64,000 bases of DNA from Candidatus Aenigmatarchaeota archaeon (GCA_039091335.1 JAWCME010000002.1:13263-77262); one strand, 5' to 3'; shown: positions 51,627 through 61,539, counted from the stretch's first letter. The notes: generated by a model from the sequence alone, not told the origin. A program made the numbers and translations.

Positions 51627-52051
51627 TTTTTTCTCCTCATAATATCTATCAAAATTTTTCTATGGTCAAAACCGAGATTTAGTTTTAAAGCCTCTTTTAT
51701 TGGAAAAAAATCAACTTCTTCTGCTTCTCTTCTCGCTTTAACTCTATTTCCTATGGGTTTACAAAAGTATGCAATAGATATAACATGTCCTCTTGGGTCA
51801 CGATTAGGAGAATCATAAATACCAATTAAATCCAGAATTTTTACTTCAAGTCCAGTTTCTTCTTTAACCTCTCTTATGCATGCCTCTTTTGTTTTTTCCC
51901 CAGGAATAACAAATCCTCCCGGAAGCGCATAACTCCCTTTAAACGGTTGTGTTTTTCTTTTCAATAAAAGCACTCTTCCTCTATGAATAACAACAGCATC
52001 TACAGCCACAGGCACGGTTGGTCTTGTTACTTTTATTGCAGACATTCTCAT
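51623..52051 (-). CDS. Nudix hydrolase
   Basis: GG..GE...ACIREVKEETG Nudix box, RDPR. Confidence 0.9.
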   Translation of the reverse strand: MRMSAIKVTRPTVPVAVDAVVIHRGRVLLLKRKTQPFKGSYALPGGFVIPGEKTKEACIREVKEETGLEVKILDLIGIYDSPNRDPRGHVISIAYFCKPIGNRVKARREAEEVDFFPIKEALKLNLGFDHRKILIDIMRRKK

Positions 52052-52764
52052 CTCACTATCTTTACTCCAGGCATAATCCATTTTTCATCCTTCCTCTCTT
52101 CAATCATCTTAATAATATTACTTGGAATATTTGTTATTGCATCCTTTGCTTCTTTATATTCTAGGCCAAGCTGACAAGCCATTGATACCAAGCATTCTGG
52201 GGCCCTAAGTTCCCAGCAAGATATTGCACCAGAGCAAAGTATTATTTTTGCACCAAACTTTTTTGCTAAAAAAACATTCTGTGCAATATTTTTTAATACG
52301 ATACTCCTATTCCTTTTTGTAGATAGAAGAATTTCTCTAAAGTTTATTTCTATTGCTACATTATTCTCTGCAGCCAGTCTTACTGAAACATGGTCAAGCC
52401 CGGAATCATTTCTATTGTATTCGGGATGTGTCAAAATATCAACTTCTGGCGTCCCACACGCCTTTCTGTTTAAATTTAAATCCCCTCCTCTTGCCAGTAG
52501 AATATCAAACTCTCTTCTTCTATTTGCTAATTGTATCAATTCCTTTATGTTTCTGGCTTCAAAACCTAGTAGAATTTTTATTTTGGTTTTTTCTTCAACT
52601 CTTTTGATTTCAGCTTTTAATATTTCCTCCTCTTCCTTTCTAAGAGGATAAGAAGTAAAACAAATTCCACAATATCCCAATTCTTTTGCCATGGACGCCA
52701 ATTCTTCTAGGCTAGACTCACCACCTGAGAATGCACTATGTACATGTAAGTCATACGCCTTCAT
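52048..52764 (-). CDS. rnp3: RNase P protein Rpp30 (PHP fold)
   Basis: GGDLNLNRKAC, VDILTHP, ELRAP; operon position. Confidence 0.88.
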   Translation of the reverse strand: MKAYDLHVHSAFSGGESSLEELASMAKELGYCGICFTSYPLRKEEEEILKAEIKRVEEKTKIKILLGFEARNIKELIQLANRRREFDILLARGGDLNLNRKACGTPEVDILTHPEYNRNDSGLDHVSVRLAAENNVAIEINFREILLSTKRNRSIVLKNIAQNVFLAKKFGAKIILCSGAISCWELRAPECLVSMACQLGLEYKEAKDAITNIPSNIIKMIEERKDEKWIMPGVKIVR

Positions 52765-52798
52765 AATTATCTTGGTTTTGTTTTAAACTTAAATTTGA

Positions 52799-53302
52799 CT
52801 ACTTTTTTCTTGATTTTTTGGCAGCAGCAGTTAATCCCCTTAAAGCCCTTTTTCTATGTGCAGGTAGAGATATCCAATTAATCTTTGGGTCTTTAATTAT
52901 ATTTGGATTTTTAGGGTCTACAAGCAAACATTCAAACCATTTATACATACCATCTTCACCCACATAGTAGCTTCCAATTACTTCAAGGTTCGGGAATTTT
53001 CTGTTCGCTTTCTGTTCGGCTATTGCTTGTAAAGATTGTTTTGGTGTAAATTTTACTAGTCCTGACTTCGACGGTTTCCTTCCTCTCCTTCCATAAAGTT
53101 TTCTCCTTCTTCCTCCCTTCCTTACTTTTACTCTAGCTACTACATATCCCTTCTTGGCTTTATATCCCAATTCCCTTGCTCTATCGAGACGAGTTGGCTT
53201 TTCTATTTTTTCTACTGTATGCTGCCTTCTCCATTCTATTAATTTTTCCTTTAACTCTTTCTTCCAATTTTCCTTTATATAATGATACATTCCTTTGACC
53301 AT
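52799..53302 (-). CDS. rpl15e: 50S ribosomal protein L15e
   Basis: [27 protein letters not shown]. Confidence 0.95.
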   Translation of the reverse strand: MVKGMYHYIKENWKKELKEKLIEWRRQHTVEKIEKPTRLDRARELGYKAKKGYVVARVKVRKGGRRRKLYGRRGRKPSKSGLVKFTPKQSLQAIAEQKANRKFPNLEVIGSYYVGEDGMYKWFECLLVDPKNPNIIKDPKINWISLPAHRKRALRGLTAAAKKSRKK

Positions 53303-53361
53303 GGTTTCACTTTACATTAACTTTATATATATTACAGATTAAATTGTTTTAAAGGTGAAGT

Positions 53362-53610
53362 ATGCATCCAATAGGTAAAATAATAGTAGGAGCAATCCTG
53401 ATGATAGGTAGTGTATACTACATTTTCCGAGGAATACCAGGTATGTTTGAACCAGCACTTCCTGCTTTGATAGTAGTATTAAATGGAGCAATTCCACCAT
53501 TCGTTTTCCTTATAGGACTTTTCATAGTATGGCTAGAATTAGACGAGCTTAGAATAGAGAGGGAACTGAAGCAGGAAGAAAAGAAGGCAAGAGCAAAAAG
53601 AAAGAGATAA
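53362..53610 (+). CDS. Small two-TM membrane protein
   Basis: Hydrophobic helices and a charged tail WLELDELRIERE. Confidence 0.65.
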   Translation: MHPIGKIIVGAILMIGSVYYIFRGIPGMFEPALPALIVVLNGAIPPFVFLIGLFIVWLELDELRIERELKQEEKKARAKRKR

Positions 53611-53659
53611 GTCCTTTCATTTTTAAATTTTATTAGTACTATTTTTTAAAGGTAAGTTT

Positions 53660-54685
53660 ATGGGTATTCAGCTAACAGGAATTATTCCAAAAAAAGAAAT
53701 AGATTTGAATTCTCTTTCTGGAAAAAAAATTGGAATAGACGGGTATAATGCAGCATATCAGTTTTTAAGCATTATTAGGCAAAGACCAACAGGAGAATTT
53801 CTAAGGGATTCGAAAGGAAACATAACCTCTCATCTAAGTGGAATATTCTATAGGACTGCAATACTTATAGAGGCAGGAATAAAGCCTTTATATGTTTGGG
53901 ATGGAGAACCACCAGAATTCAAGAAGAGAGTTGTGGAAGAAAGAGTTGAAAGAAGAGAAGAGGCAAGAAAAAAATGGATGGAAGCATTAGAAAAGGGAGA
54001 AGAGGCAATGCCATATGCTCAGGCCGCAGTAATGCTTACAAAAGAGATAATTGAAGAATCAAAGAAACTTTTGGAATACATGGGTATACCTTCTATTCAA
54101 GCAAAAAGCGAAGGTGAAGCTCAGCTTGCGTTTCTAGCGAAAAAAGGAGAAATATGGGCATCAGCTTCTCAAGACTGGGACAGTATTTTGTTTGGTTCGC
54201 CAAGACTTTTAAGGAATTTATCAATTACAGGGAAAAGAAAACTTCCAAGAAAAGAAGTATACATAGAAATTAAACCAGAGATAGTAGAGCTTGATTTTGT
54301 TCTCTCGAGTTTGGGGATAACAAGAGAACAACTTGTTATGATTGGAATTTTAATAGGGACAGATTATAATCCCGGGGGGGTTGAGGGGTTTGGACCAAAA
54401 AAGGCCTTAAGCCTTGTAAAGGAATGTAAAAGTTTGGATGAAATACTTAAAAGGATAGAATGGAAGTTTGAAGTTGGGGCTGAAGATATATACAACTTCT
54501 TTATGCACCCACCTGTTAATGAAAAATATAAAATACAATTTAAAGAGCCGAACAAGGAAAAGATAATTGAATTTATGGTAGAAGAGCATGACTTTTCAAG
54601 AGAAAGGGTAGAAAAGGTGGTTGATAAGCTTCAGCAATCCTTTGCTACAGGAACACAGGCTAGTTTGAAAGGATGGTTAAAATAA
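53660..54685 (+). CDS. fen: Flap endonuclease 1
   Basis: YQFLSIIRQ, EGEAQ, GTDYN, C-terminal PIP box QASLKGW. Confidence 0.95.
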   Translation: MGIQLTGIIPKKEIDLNSLSGKKIGIDGYNAAYQFLSIIRQRPTGEFLRDSKGNITSHLSGIFYRTAILIEAGIKPLYVWDGEPPEFKKRVVEERVERREEARKKWMEALEKGEEAMPYAQAAVMLTKEIIEESKKLLEYMGIPSIQAKSEGEAQLAFLAKKGEIWASASQDWDSILFGSPRLLRNLSITGKRKLPRKEVYIEIKPEIVELDFVLSSLGITREQLVMIGILIGTDYNPGGVEGFGPKKALSLVKECKSLDEILKRIEWKFEVGAEDIYNFFMHPPVNEKYKIQFKEPNKEKIIEFMVEEHDFSRERVEKVVDKLQQSFATGTQASLKGWLK

Positions 54686-54708
54686 ATTTAGAAAGATAAA
54701 TTATTTTC

Positions 54709-56208
54709 ATGGAATTAGAAAAAATAATCTCTATCGCAAAGTCAAGAGGGTTCTTTTGGCCATCTTTTGAAATCTACGGAGGAGTTGCTGGGTTTTGGGA
54801 CTATGGTCCACTGGGATGTGTTTTAAAAAGGAAGTTTGAAAATTTTTGGATAGATTTTTTTGGAAAAAAAGAGGGGTTTGTAGAAGTAGAGACACCATCT
54901 TTAATGCCAAAAGAAGTTTTTGTTGCTTCTAAACATTTAGAAAAATTTGTAGATCCGATAACGAGATGTAAGAGATGCAACTCAGTATACAGGGCAGACC
55001 ACCTTATTCAAGAAAAGTTAAAGTTGAGTAAAGAGGAAACAGAAGGTCTTAGTTTGGAAAAGCTTTCGGAGATCATAGAAAAAAATAAGATAAAATGCAA
55101 ATGTGGTGGAGAGTTAAGAAAAGTAGAATTTTTTAACATGATGTTTAAAACAATTGTCGGGACTCAGAAAGAATTTTTTCTTCGTCCAGAAACAGCACAA
55201 GGCCAGTTCTTATGTTTCAAAAGGGTTTTTGAGTTGCAAGGAAGGAAACTTCCTCTTGGAATAATTCAAATAGGGAAAGCTTTCAGGAATGAAATATCCC
55301 CTAGACAGGGAATAATAAGGCTAAGAGAGTTTACCCAAGCCGAGGCAGAAGTATTCTTTGATGAGGAAGAAATTAATGAGTTTGAAAAATTTGAAGAAAT
55401 AAAAGATTATGAGTTGAATTTGTTCACACTTAAAAACAGGAAAGAAGAAAAAATTTTAAAAATTAAAGCAAGTGAAATAGTTAGAAAAAAAATATTGCCA
55501 AAGCTTATTGTTTATTTTATGGCAAAAGTCCAACAATTTTTTGAAATTCTTGGCATTCCAAGAGAAAGTATGCGTTTCAAGGAAATGTCGAATGAAGAAA
55601 AACCGTTTTATACAAGATACGCTTGGGACCTTGAAATATTTACCAAAGCATTTGGTTGGGTTGAGTGCGTCGCAAACAACTACAGGACAGACTGGGATCT
55701 TTCTGGTCATATGAACATGAGCAGAGAAGATTTAAGGGTTTTTAAAGATGGAAAAAAATTTTTACCCCATGTTTGGGAAATTTCTTTTGGTATTGATAGA
55801 CCAATCTACTGTCTTTTTGAGCATTGGCTTACAGAAATTAAAGATAGGGTTGTGTTGAGAATTCCTCCGAAACTTGCTCCATTTGATGTAGCCGTTTTTC
55901 CTTTGGTTGCAAAGAACGGTCTTAACGCAAAGGCAAAAGAGGTTTTTAAACTACTTTTTGAAAGAGGGTTTAACGTGAAGTATGAAGAAAAGGACTCAAT
56001 AGGAAGAAGGTATTATAGGGAAGATATGGGAGGTACGCCGTATTGTGTTACTGTAGATTATGAAAGCATGGAAAAGGAAGATGTAACAATAAGAGAAAGG
56101 GATTCAAGTGCACAAGTGAGGGTTAAAATAAAGGATTTACCTGAAATTCTTAGAAGATTGTTAGAAAAAGAGTTGGAGTTTAGTGGTGCTGGAAAAACAC
56201 TAGGTTGA
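54709..56208 (+). CDS. glyS: Glycyl-tRNA synthetase (alpha2 type)
   Basis: LRPETAQG, FRNEISPR, RLREFTQAE, SFGIDR. Confidence 0.93.
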   Translation: MELEKIISIAKSRGFFWPSFEIYGGVAGFWDYGPLGCVLKRKFENFWIDFFGKKEGFVEVETPSLMPKEVFVASKHLEKFVDPITRCKRCNSVYRADHLIQEKLKLSKEETEGLSLEKLSEIIEKNKIKCKCGGELRKVEFFNMMFKTIVGTQKEFFLRPETAQGQFLCFKRVFELQGRKLPLGIIQIGKAFRNEISPRQGIIRLREFTQAEAEVFFDEEEINEFEKFEEIKDYELNLFTLKNRKEEKILKIKASEIVRKKILPKLIVYFMAKVQQFFEILGIPRESMRFKEMSNEEKPFYTRYAWDLEIFTKAFGWVECVANNYRTDWDLSGHMNMSREDLRVFKDGKKFLPHVWEISFGIDRPIYCLFEHWLTEIKDRVVLRIPPKLAPFDVAVFPLVAKNGLNAKAKEVFKLLFERGFNVKYEEKDSIGRRYYREDMGGTPYCVTVDYESMEKEDVTIRERDSSAQVRVKIKDLPEILRRLLEKELEFSGAGKTLG

Positions 56209-56547
56209 TTTTCCTCTATATATTTTTGCAAAATTTGGTGTTATTATTAAAAAGTCTTCGTCAACTCCTGCTATATCTCCGTTCATCGCTAAACATGTTT
56301 TCCTAAGCTTATCAACGCTTCTTTTAAGTTCTGTTATGTCTTTTTGTCTTATTTCCCTTATTTTTAGGAATATTATGTTACCTTCTCTGAGCATTTTTTG
56401 TATTCTTTCTGTATCTGCATAATCCCTAAGATTTTCTATCTTTATGTTTATTTTTTCTTCTTCTGGTACAGGCTCTACTTCAACAAACTCCTCCTTCTCT
56501 TCCTTTGTTCTCCTCTTAAGCAAATCTTTAAGAGCCATTTCAATCAA
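56200..56547 (-). CDS. sepF: Cell division protein SepF (archaeal)
   Basis: LREGNII, GDIAG, IITP. Confidence 0.8.
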   Translation of the reverse strand: MIEMALKDLLKRRTKEEKEEFVEVEPVPEEEKINIKIENLRDYADTERIQKMLREGNIIFLKIREIRQKDITELKRSVDKLRKTCLAMNGDIAGVDEDFLIITPNFAKIYRGKST

Positions 56548-56574
56548 TATTAATTATTTTTTAAAATTAAAAAA

Positions 56575-56829
56575 TTAGCTTATTTCCCTCCTTTTTTCTT
56601 CTAGTATGCTTACAGCATTCCATATCTTTGTTCTAGCATAGACCGGCATGTTTGGGTCGTTTATTATTTCGTCTAGGATATGAATTGCTGTACTTATTTT
56701 TACTTCTAGAGATTCTTTACTATTCAATACATTTTTTGAATCTTCTGCAGCCTTTCTTATGTTCTTTGGAACAGTTTTATCGTTTATTATTTGATCCAAA
56801 AATGAGATTGCTTTGGTTATTTCTTCCAT
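56575..56829 (-). CDS. UPF0147 family protein
   Basis: DKTVPKNIR, DPNMPVYART. Confidence 0.88.
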   Translation of the reverse strand: MEEITKAISFLDQIINDKTVPKNIRKAAEDSKNVLNSKESLEVKISTAIHILDEIINDPNMPVYARTKIWNAVSILEEKRREIS

Positions 56830-56874
56830 AACATCACTTTATATAAAATTAATTAAATGAAGACTAAAAAATTA

Positions 56875-57210
56875 TCAAATTTTTTCCCTTATTTTTGTTT
56901 CTAATTCTTTCAGCTTTTCGTTTGTTTTTGCTTCGCTTTTCTCTAAACTTTTTATTCTTATTTCTATAGATTCTTTTGCTTCACTAAGCTCCTTTTTAAG
57001 TTCTTCAACGGGCTTTTTTATCATTACCTGCCCAGCAATTTTATATGCTTCATTTTCCTTTGTTTTGTTTAACTCTTCAAGCGCCCTCTCTATCTCAAAA
57101 ATTTGCATGTTTAAACTTTCTTTCTGTAGCAGTATTGTTTGAAGTTGCTGTTGATAAGCCTGAAATTGTGTTATCATATTTTTTGTTTCTTCAGACATCT
57201 CTTCTGGCAA
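56875..57210 (-). CDS. pfdB: Prefoldin beta subunit
   Basis: Coiled coils flanking AYKIAGQVMIK. Confidence 0.88.
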   Translation of the reverse strand: MPEEMSEETKNMITQFQAYQQQLQTILLQKESLNMQIFEIERALEELNKTKENEAYKIAGQVMIKKPVEELKKELSEAKESIEIRIKSLEKSEAKTNEKLKELETKIREKI

Positions 57211-57241
57211 AAAATCACCACATATTATTTAATTGTATAAA

Positions 57242-57398
57242 CTATATAGATTCAACCCTTTTTATTACTTCTGGTCTCGTTTTTGCCAAAATTCTATGGG
57301 CCCTGCTTGCTTTAAAGCAAGCAAGTAAACCCGCAATATGGACATCTAATGTTTTCTTCCACATTCACAATTTTCTTACATTTTACACACTTATACAT
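57242..57398 (-). CDS. rpoP: RNA polymerase subunit Rpo12 (P); exons 57398-57327 and 57295-57242
   Basis: Spliced 41-aa product MYKCVKCKKIVNVEENIRCPYCGFRILAKTRPEVIKRVESI; canonical position between L37ae and prefoldin. Confidence 0.9.
57296..57326 (-). other. Putative BHB mRNA intron (31 nt) in rpoP
   Basis: Helix GGGT/GCCC, bulges TT^A and AT^A, 10-bp inner stem with TTAA loop; in-frame TAA. Confidence 0.88.
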
Positions 57399-57399
57399 A

Positions 57400-57618
57400 T
57401 CACTCCCCCTTTAAGTAATATGCTGGACCAGCAAACTTTAAACCGCATTTTTTACATTTCCATATTCCACAAGCAACCCTTTTAACATATGGTAAATTAC
57501 ACTTTGGACAAACATATCTTTTTCTTTCCTCCTTTTCAATCTTAGACACAGTTAGTCTAATCTTCCTTCCGTATCTTGTCCCAAACCTTCCTGCTGAGCC
57601 AACCTTTTTCTTAGCCAT
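57400..57618 (-). CDS. rpl37ae: 50S ribosomal protein L37ae
   Basis: [26 protein letters not shown]. Confidence 0.95.
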   Translation of the reverse strand: MAKKKVGSAGRFGTRYGRKIRLTVSKIEKEERKRYVCPKCNLPYVKRVACGIWKCKKCGLKFAGPAYYLKGE

Positions 57619-57879
57619 TTATTTCACTATTCTGAATTCTTTTTTCCCCTTTATGTTTTCCAGTATCTTTATTAACATCCCTTCCGTTATTTCGTTTTTT
57701 ATTTTTCCTGTTTGAAAAAGCTGGATTAGATACAACTCCACTTGTGCGGCAAGTTCTGGTTTTACCATCCTAACTCTACCGAGCCTTTCTAATGCTTCCT
57801 TTGAAAGTATTTTTTTCATCAAAATTCTTTTTAGTTCTTCAATTTTTTTCATCTCCTCTATGCTGATTTCTTCGTTCAC
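57619..57879 (-). CDS. DNA-binding protein, PDCD5 family
   Basis: LSKEALERLGRVRMVKPELA. Confidence 0.9.
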   Translation of the reverse strand: MNEEISIEEMKKIEELKRILMKKILSKEALERLGRVRMVKPELAAQVELYLIQLFQTGKIKNEITEGMLIKILENIKGKKEFRIVK

Positions 57880-58292
57880 TCCTTGCTCACCTCAAACGCT
57901 ATTCTGTCTAGAAGTTTTTTCCCCTTGTTTGTTATTACTCTTCCCCCCCTTTCTTTTTTCAAAAGTCCAGCCCTTTCAAGCTGTTGTAAGATCTTTCTTA
58001 TTATATTTCCAGAGGCTTTTCTAAACTGTGGTGGGCGATGCCCCCTCCTTTTTCTCCCCCCGTAATATGTTCTTAATCTTTCAACGCCGACTGGACCATC
58101 AATATAAATTCTTCTGAGAATGGATGCCGCTCTAATATACCAAAAGTCTTTTTGAAATGGAGGTCTTTCTTTATGAGATCCTGACTTTACGAAATTTGCC
58201 CAGTGAGGCGTAGATATTTCTTTAAAAAGTTTAAGTTCCTCCTTTAACTTATTCACGAGTTTATGTGGGTTTACTTCCCTTGCTGTTACCAT
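57876..58292 (-). CDS. rps19e: 30S ribosomal protein S19e
   Basis: WYIRAASILR, GPVGVERL, ILQQLE. Confidence 0.95.
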   Translation of the reverse strand: MVTAREVNPHKLVNKLKEELKLFKEISTPHWANFVKSGSHKERPPFQKDFWYIRAASILRRIYIDGPVGVERLRTYYGGRKRRGHRPPQFRKASGNIIRKILQQLERAGLLKKERGGRVITNKGKKLLDRIAFEVSKE

Positions 58293-58331
58293 AAAATATA
58301 AATTTAAATTTTATTTATTAAAGGGTTTGTG

Positions 58332-58568
58332 TTAGGCAGAGAGCATTATATAACTTGTCAAGCATATTATTATTATAAAACCACTTAGGATAAGAAGCAC
58401 AATCAGCATAGAAAAACTAAAAGAATTGAATTTTTTACACGTTTCTGGAGGGTTATTGCCCTTACATACTTCTGAAAATTTTACTATGTTGTCGAAAACA
58501 AAAAATAGCATGATTGTAGCGATGAAGACTGTTAATAGTCCAAAACCAACATGGGAAAAAGCCTTCAT
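58332..58568 (-). CDS. Small two-TM membrane protein
   Basis: Two hydrophobic helices around a Cys-Cys loop; ATGA coupling to the upstream gene. Confidence 0.55.
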   Translation of the reverse strand: MKAFSHVGFGLLTVFIATIMLFFVFDNIVKFSEVCKGNNPPETCKKFNSFSFSMLIVLLILSGFIIIICLTSYIMLSA

Positions 58569-58864
58569 TTTTTCACCAAATATCTATAAATTTTTTTACA
58601 GTTTGAACACTTAACTGTAACGTATCCATTCTCAATTCTAATTGTTGAAGATATTCCTGGAATTAGAAAACTATTGCATTCTTTACAAAATTTTCTCTTT
58701 AATTCTTTCTTTAATCTTACATTGTACCTTAGTCCAATTTTTCTTGCAAGTTCTACGTATCTTCTACTCCTTTCAGGATGTTTTTTTAATTCTTTCTCTG
58801 CAAGGTTGAACAATATTTCAATTCTTTCTTTAGCTATTTTTTTTGTCCAGGCAGCTTTTTTCAT
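58565..58864 (-). CDS. rnp4: RNase P protein Rpp21
   Basis: IAKERIEIL, RRYVELA, CKEC..CSNC. Confidence 0.9.
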   Translation of the reverse strand: MKKAAWTKKIAKERIEILFNLAEKELKKHPERSRRYVELARKIGLRYNVRLKKELKRKFCKECNSFLIPGISSTIRIENGYVTVKCSNCKKIYRYLVKK

Positions 58865-58908
58865 CTAATAATAAATTGTTTTAAAATAAATTGAGTAAAG
58901 AATAAAAA

Positions 58909-59005
58909 TGGGTCCGACCGGATTCGAACCGGTGACCTCCGCCGTTCTGATACATTCGTCAGGGTTCCGCTCTCTCTCGACGTCCTACCACTAGACCACG
59001 GACCC
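58909..59005 (-). tRNA. tRNA-Val(GAC) with two introns (29/30: 58965-58977; 37/38: 58945-58956)
   Basis: Acceptor GGGTCCG/CGGACCC, T arm ACCGG-TTCGAAT-CCGGT; removing both introns gives TCGCC-CTGACGC-GGCGG. Confidence 0.88.
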
Positions 59006-59012
59006 AACTTTA

Positions 59013-59519
59013 TCATATTTTGTAAAGGTAAACATAAAAATGTTCGGTCCTTATTTTTTTTACTTCTTTCCACTCACTTAAAACATGGTCTGCAGAAATT
59101 ATTCTTGTCCCCTTTCTAAGTTCTTTTTCTAGTTTTGGTTTAATTTCGTCGTTCAGTCTTTGCGATAGATATAATGTTACTATAGTAGCATTACTTAAGT
59201 TTTCTTTAAAAAAATCATTTTCTATTAATTCAACCCTATCTTCAACTCTGTTTCTTTTAATATTCCATCTACATATTAAACAAAGAATTTTATTTTTTTC
59301 TATACCCACAGCCTTTATTCCATATTCTTTTGCAGCAGTTATTATTACTCTGCCAGTACCACATCCCAAATCATAAAGTATATCATCCTTTTTAATTTCT
59401 GCTAACTCTAACATTTTCCTTATAGTTTTTTTTGATAATGGAACGAATATGGCTTCCCCTCTTACTAACTTTAATAGAAGTAAAAACAATGGGATTGAAA
59501 GAAGAAGCCAGGGTTGCAT
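59013..59519 (-). CDS. Class I SAM-dependent methyltransferase
   Basis: FVP, YDLGCGTG, ATIVTLYL. Confidence 0.85.
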   Translation of the reverse strand: MQPWLLLSIPLFLLLLKLVRGEAIFVPLSKKTIRKMLELAEIKKDDILYDLGCGTGRVIITAAKEYGIKAVGIEKNKILCLICRWNIKRNRVEDRVELIENDFFKENLSNATIVTLYLSQRLNDEIKPKLEKELRKGTRIISADHVLSEWKEVKKIRTEHFYVYLYKI

Positions 59520-59582
59520 GAGTTCACTAAATATTTTTACTTTTTTGAAATGTTTATAATTAAATAAATTAAATATTTTTTG

Positions 59583-60044
59583 ATGTACACTATAAAGAAA
59601 ATTGTTATATTAACGATAATTTTTGCAGGTTTTGTTTTTGCTGTTTCTTTTAGTACTCTTTACGCACAGGTTCATATATACGAAGGTACAGCATGTAGTT
59701 GTACTTTACCAATTCCATTGCTAATTCCAACCCTTTCTTCTCTTGGAATATTTGTGGGTTCTATTGTTTACTATTTACTCATTCCAAGAATAGAAGAGAG
59801 GGGAGTTGAGAAAGCTGAATTTTGGTTGGATATACTAAAAGAAGACGAGAGAGAGGTATTGAAAGAGATTTTTAAAAACAAGGGAAAGGTTTTGCAAAGT
59901 AAAATATCTTCAAAAATGGGTAAAGTTAAAACATTTAGAGTGATAGACCGACTTATAAAGAGGGGAATTATAGAAAAGGAGAGTTATGGAAAAACGAATA
60001 TTATAAAATTATCTGAAAAGTTCAATAAGTTTCTAGGGTTTTAA
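59583..60044 (+). CDS. Membrane protein with C-terminal wHTH domain
   Basis: Two TM helices, then EDEREVL..GKVLQS..KRGII..YGKTN. Confidence 0.75.
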   Translation: MYTIKKIVILTIIFAGFVFAVSFSTLYAQVHIYEGTACSCTLPIPLLIPTLSSLGIFVGSIVYYLLIPRIEERGVEKAEFWLDILKEDEREVLKEIFKNKGKVLQSKISSKMGKVKTFRVIDRLIKRGIIEKESYGKTNIIKLSEKFNKFLGF

Positions 60045-60769
60045 ATCTCAAATATTTGGGAAAATTCCAAAACTTCAATTTTATTTTCACTTGCCTCTTT
60101 TAGACAAACGTAACATAATGGGCAGGAAGTAATTAAAATCTTTCCACCAACTTCTTTTGCTTGCTCAATTCTTTCTTTTGAAATTTCTAAGGATAGTTCA
60201 GGAAAGTTTGATTTAACTCCACCTCCTCCTCCACAACAAAATGTGTTTTCCTTAGTAAATTTCATCTCAATAAAATTTCCTACAACTTTAATGATTTCTC
60301 TTGGTTCTTCGTAAATTTTACTATACCTTGCTAGATGGCATGGATCATGATAAGTAATTTTTTCATTTAATTTCTTTATCTTTAATTTTCCTTCCTTAAA
60401 AGCTTTGGCTATGGTTTGAGAGATGTGCTCTACTTCAATATCCCAGTTTTCTAAAATTTTTGGATAGTCCTGAGAAAAAACTTTAAAACAGGCAGGACAT
60501 GAGGTTATTATCTTTCTTACAGAGTGTTCTTTAAAAATCTTAAAATTTTTTTCAGCGTTTTTTTGTGTATCTTCTCTATATCCAGCATTCAATGTTGGTG
60601 AGCCACAACAAACTTCTAAATCTTTAAGTTCGATAAAGTCTATTCCTATCTTTCTTAGAATTTTCCTGTAATTTTCTCCTACATCCTTCAATACAAACTT
60701 TGTTAGGCAACCAGGATAATAAATTATATTTCCTCCTTTCAACTTTTCAAAAAATTTTATCATATCCAT
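60041..60769 (-). CDS. CCG-domain Fe-S protein (LutA/HdrB-like)
   Basis: YPGC, CCG, CPAC, YHDPC, CCGGGG, CPLC. Confidence 0.88.
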   Translation of the reverse strand: MDMIKFFEKLKGGNIIYYPGCLTKFVLKDVGENYRKILRKIGIDFIELKDLEVCCGSPTLNAGYREDTQKNAEKNFKIFKEHSVRKIITSCPACFKVFSQDYPKILENWDIEVEHISQTIAKAFKEGKLKIKKLNEKITYHDPCHLARYSKIYEEPREIIKVVGNFIEMKFTKENTFCCGGGGGVKSNFPELSLEISKERIEQAKEVGGKILITSCPLCYVCLKEASENKIEVLEFSQIFEI

Positions 60770-61539
60770 CCCATAAAGAAACTAATTCCAAACAATATCA
60801 AAATTATCCCTGCTATTAGTCTCATGAATTTTCTCAGTTCAACTCTCTTTTTTTCTACCTCCTCTACTTTTAGAAAACCAAAGTAAAAGATTAGAATTAA
60901 AGAAAACAAAGGTGCAACAAAGAAGAGGTTGTACCAACACAAGTAAAAGATTGTTTGGATGCCATGTGTTTTTTTACTGATCATGTAGGCGTATGATAGT
61001 GGGAATGCCCCAGCACAAGGAATTTCGACCAAACTAACTAAAATCCCGAGCAATATAGCAGAGGGAACTGTTGAAGATTTTATCAACCTTTCTATTTTTG
61101 GCTTTGCAAATTTTGGAATCTCTATTGAGAAAAATTTACCATAAAAAAAGAAATCTTTAATATCTATTATACCAACCGTTATTACTATAATTCCTATAGT
61201 GTATCTTATTGCTTGACTATAACCAATATAATAACTTACTAACGAAACCCCATTGATTAAAAGATACATAAAAGAGAAATAAATTAAAAATATTATTGTC
61301 GAATAAATTATTCCTATTTTGAGAATTTTTCTTCTCGATCCCAATGCAAGCATGTATGCAACCATAAATAATATAACAGATAAAGCACATGGATTGAAAA
61401 TCCCATCGATCAACCCAAAAAACATACCAACCAAAATCAATGGAAGATTGCTAGTTTTTTCCAAGCTTGGGTGATAGAAGTCTTGTGCGGTTACTAGTGG
61501 GATTAATAGAAAAGGAATTAGTAGCAAGCCTTTTTTCAT
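60760..61539 (-). CDS. CcdA/DsbD-like membrane protein
   Basis: NPCA and EIPC cysteines within TM segments. Confidence 0.75.
   Translation of the reverse strand: MKKGLLLIPFLLIPLVTAQDFYHPSLEKTSNLPLILVGMFFGLIDGIFNPCALSVILFMVAYMLALGSRRKILKIGIIYSTIIFLIYFSFMYLLINGVSLVSYYIGYSQAIRYTIGIIVITVGIIDIKDFFFYGKFFSIEIPKFAKPKIERLIKSSTVPSAILLGILVSLVEIPCAGAFPLSYAYMISKKTHGIQTIFYLCWYNLFFVAPLFSLILIFYFGFLKVEEVEKKRVELRKFMRLIAGIILILFGISFFMGWI

Noticed and set aside
57045..57485. 146-aa ORF on the plus strand
   Set aside because: Antisense shadow of pfdB, rpoP and rpl37ae.
58861..59073. 70-aa ORF on the minus strand
   Set aside because: It is a reading frame through the tRNA-Val gene.
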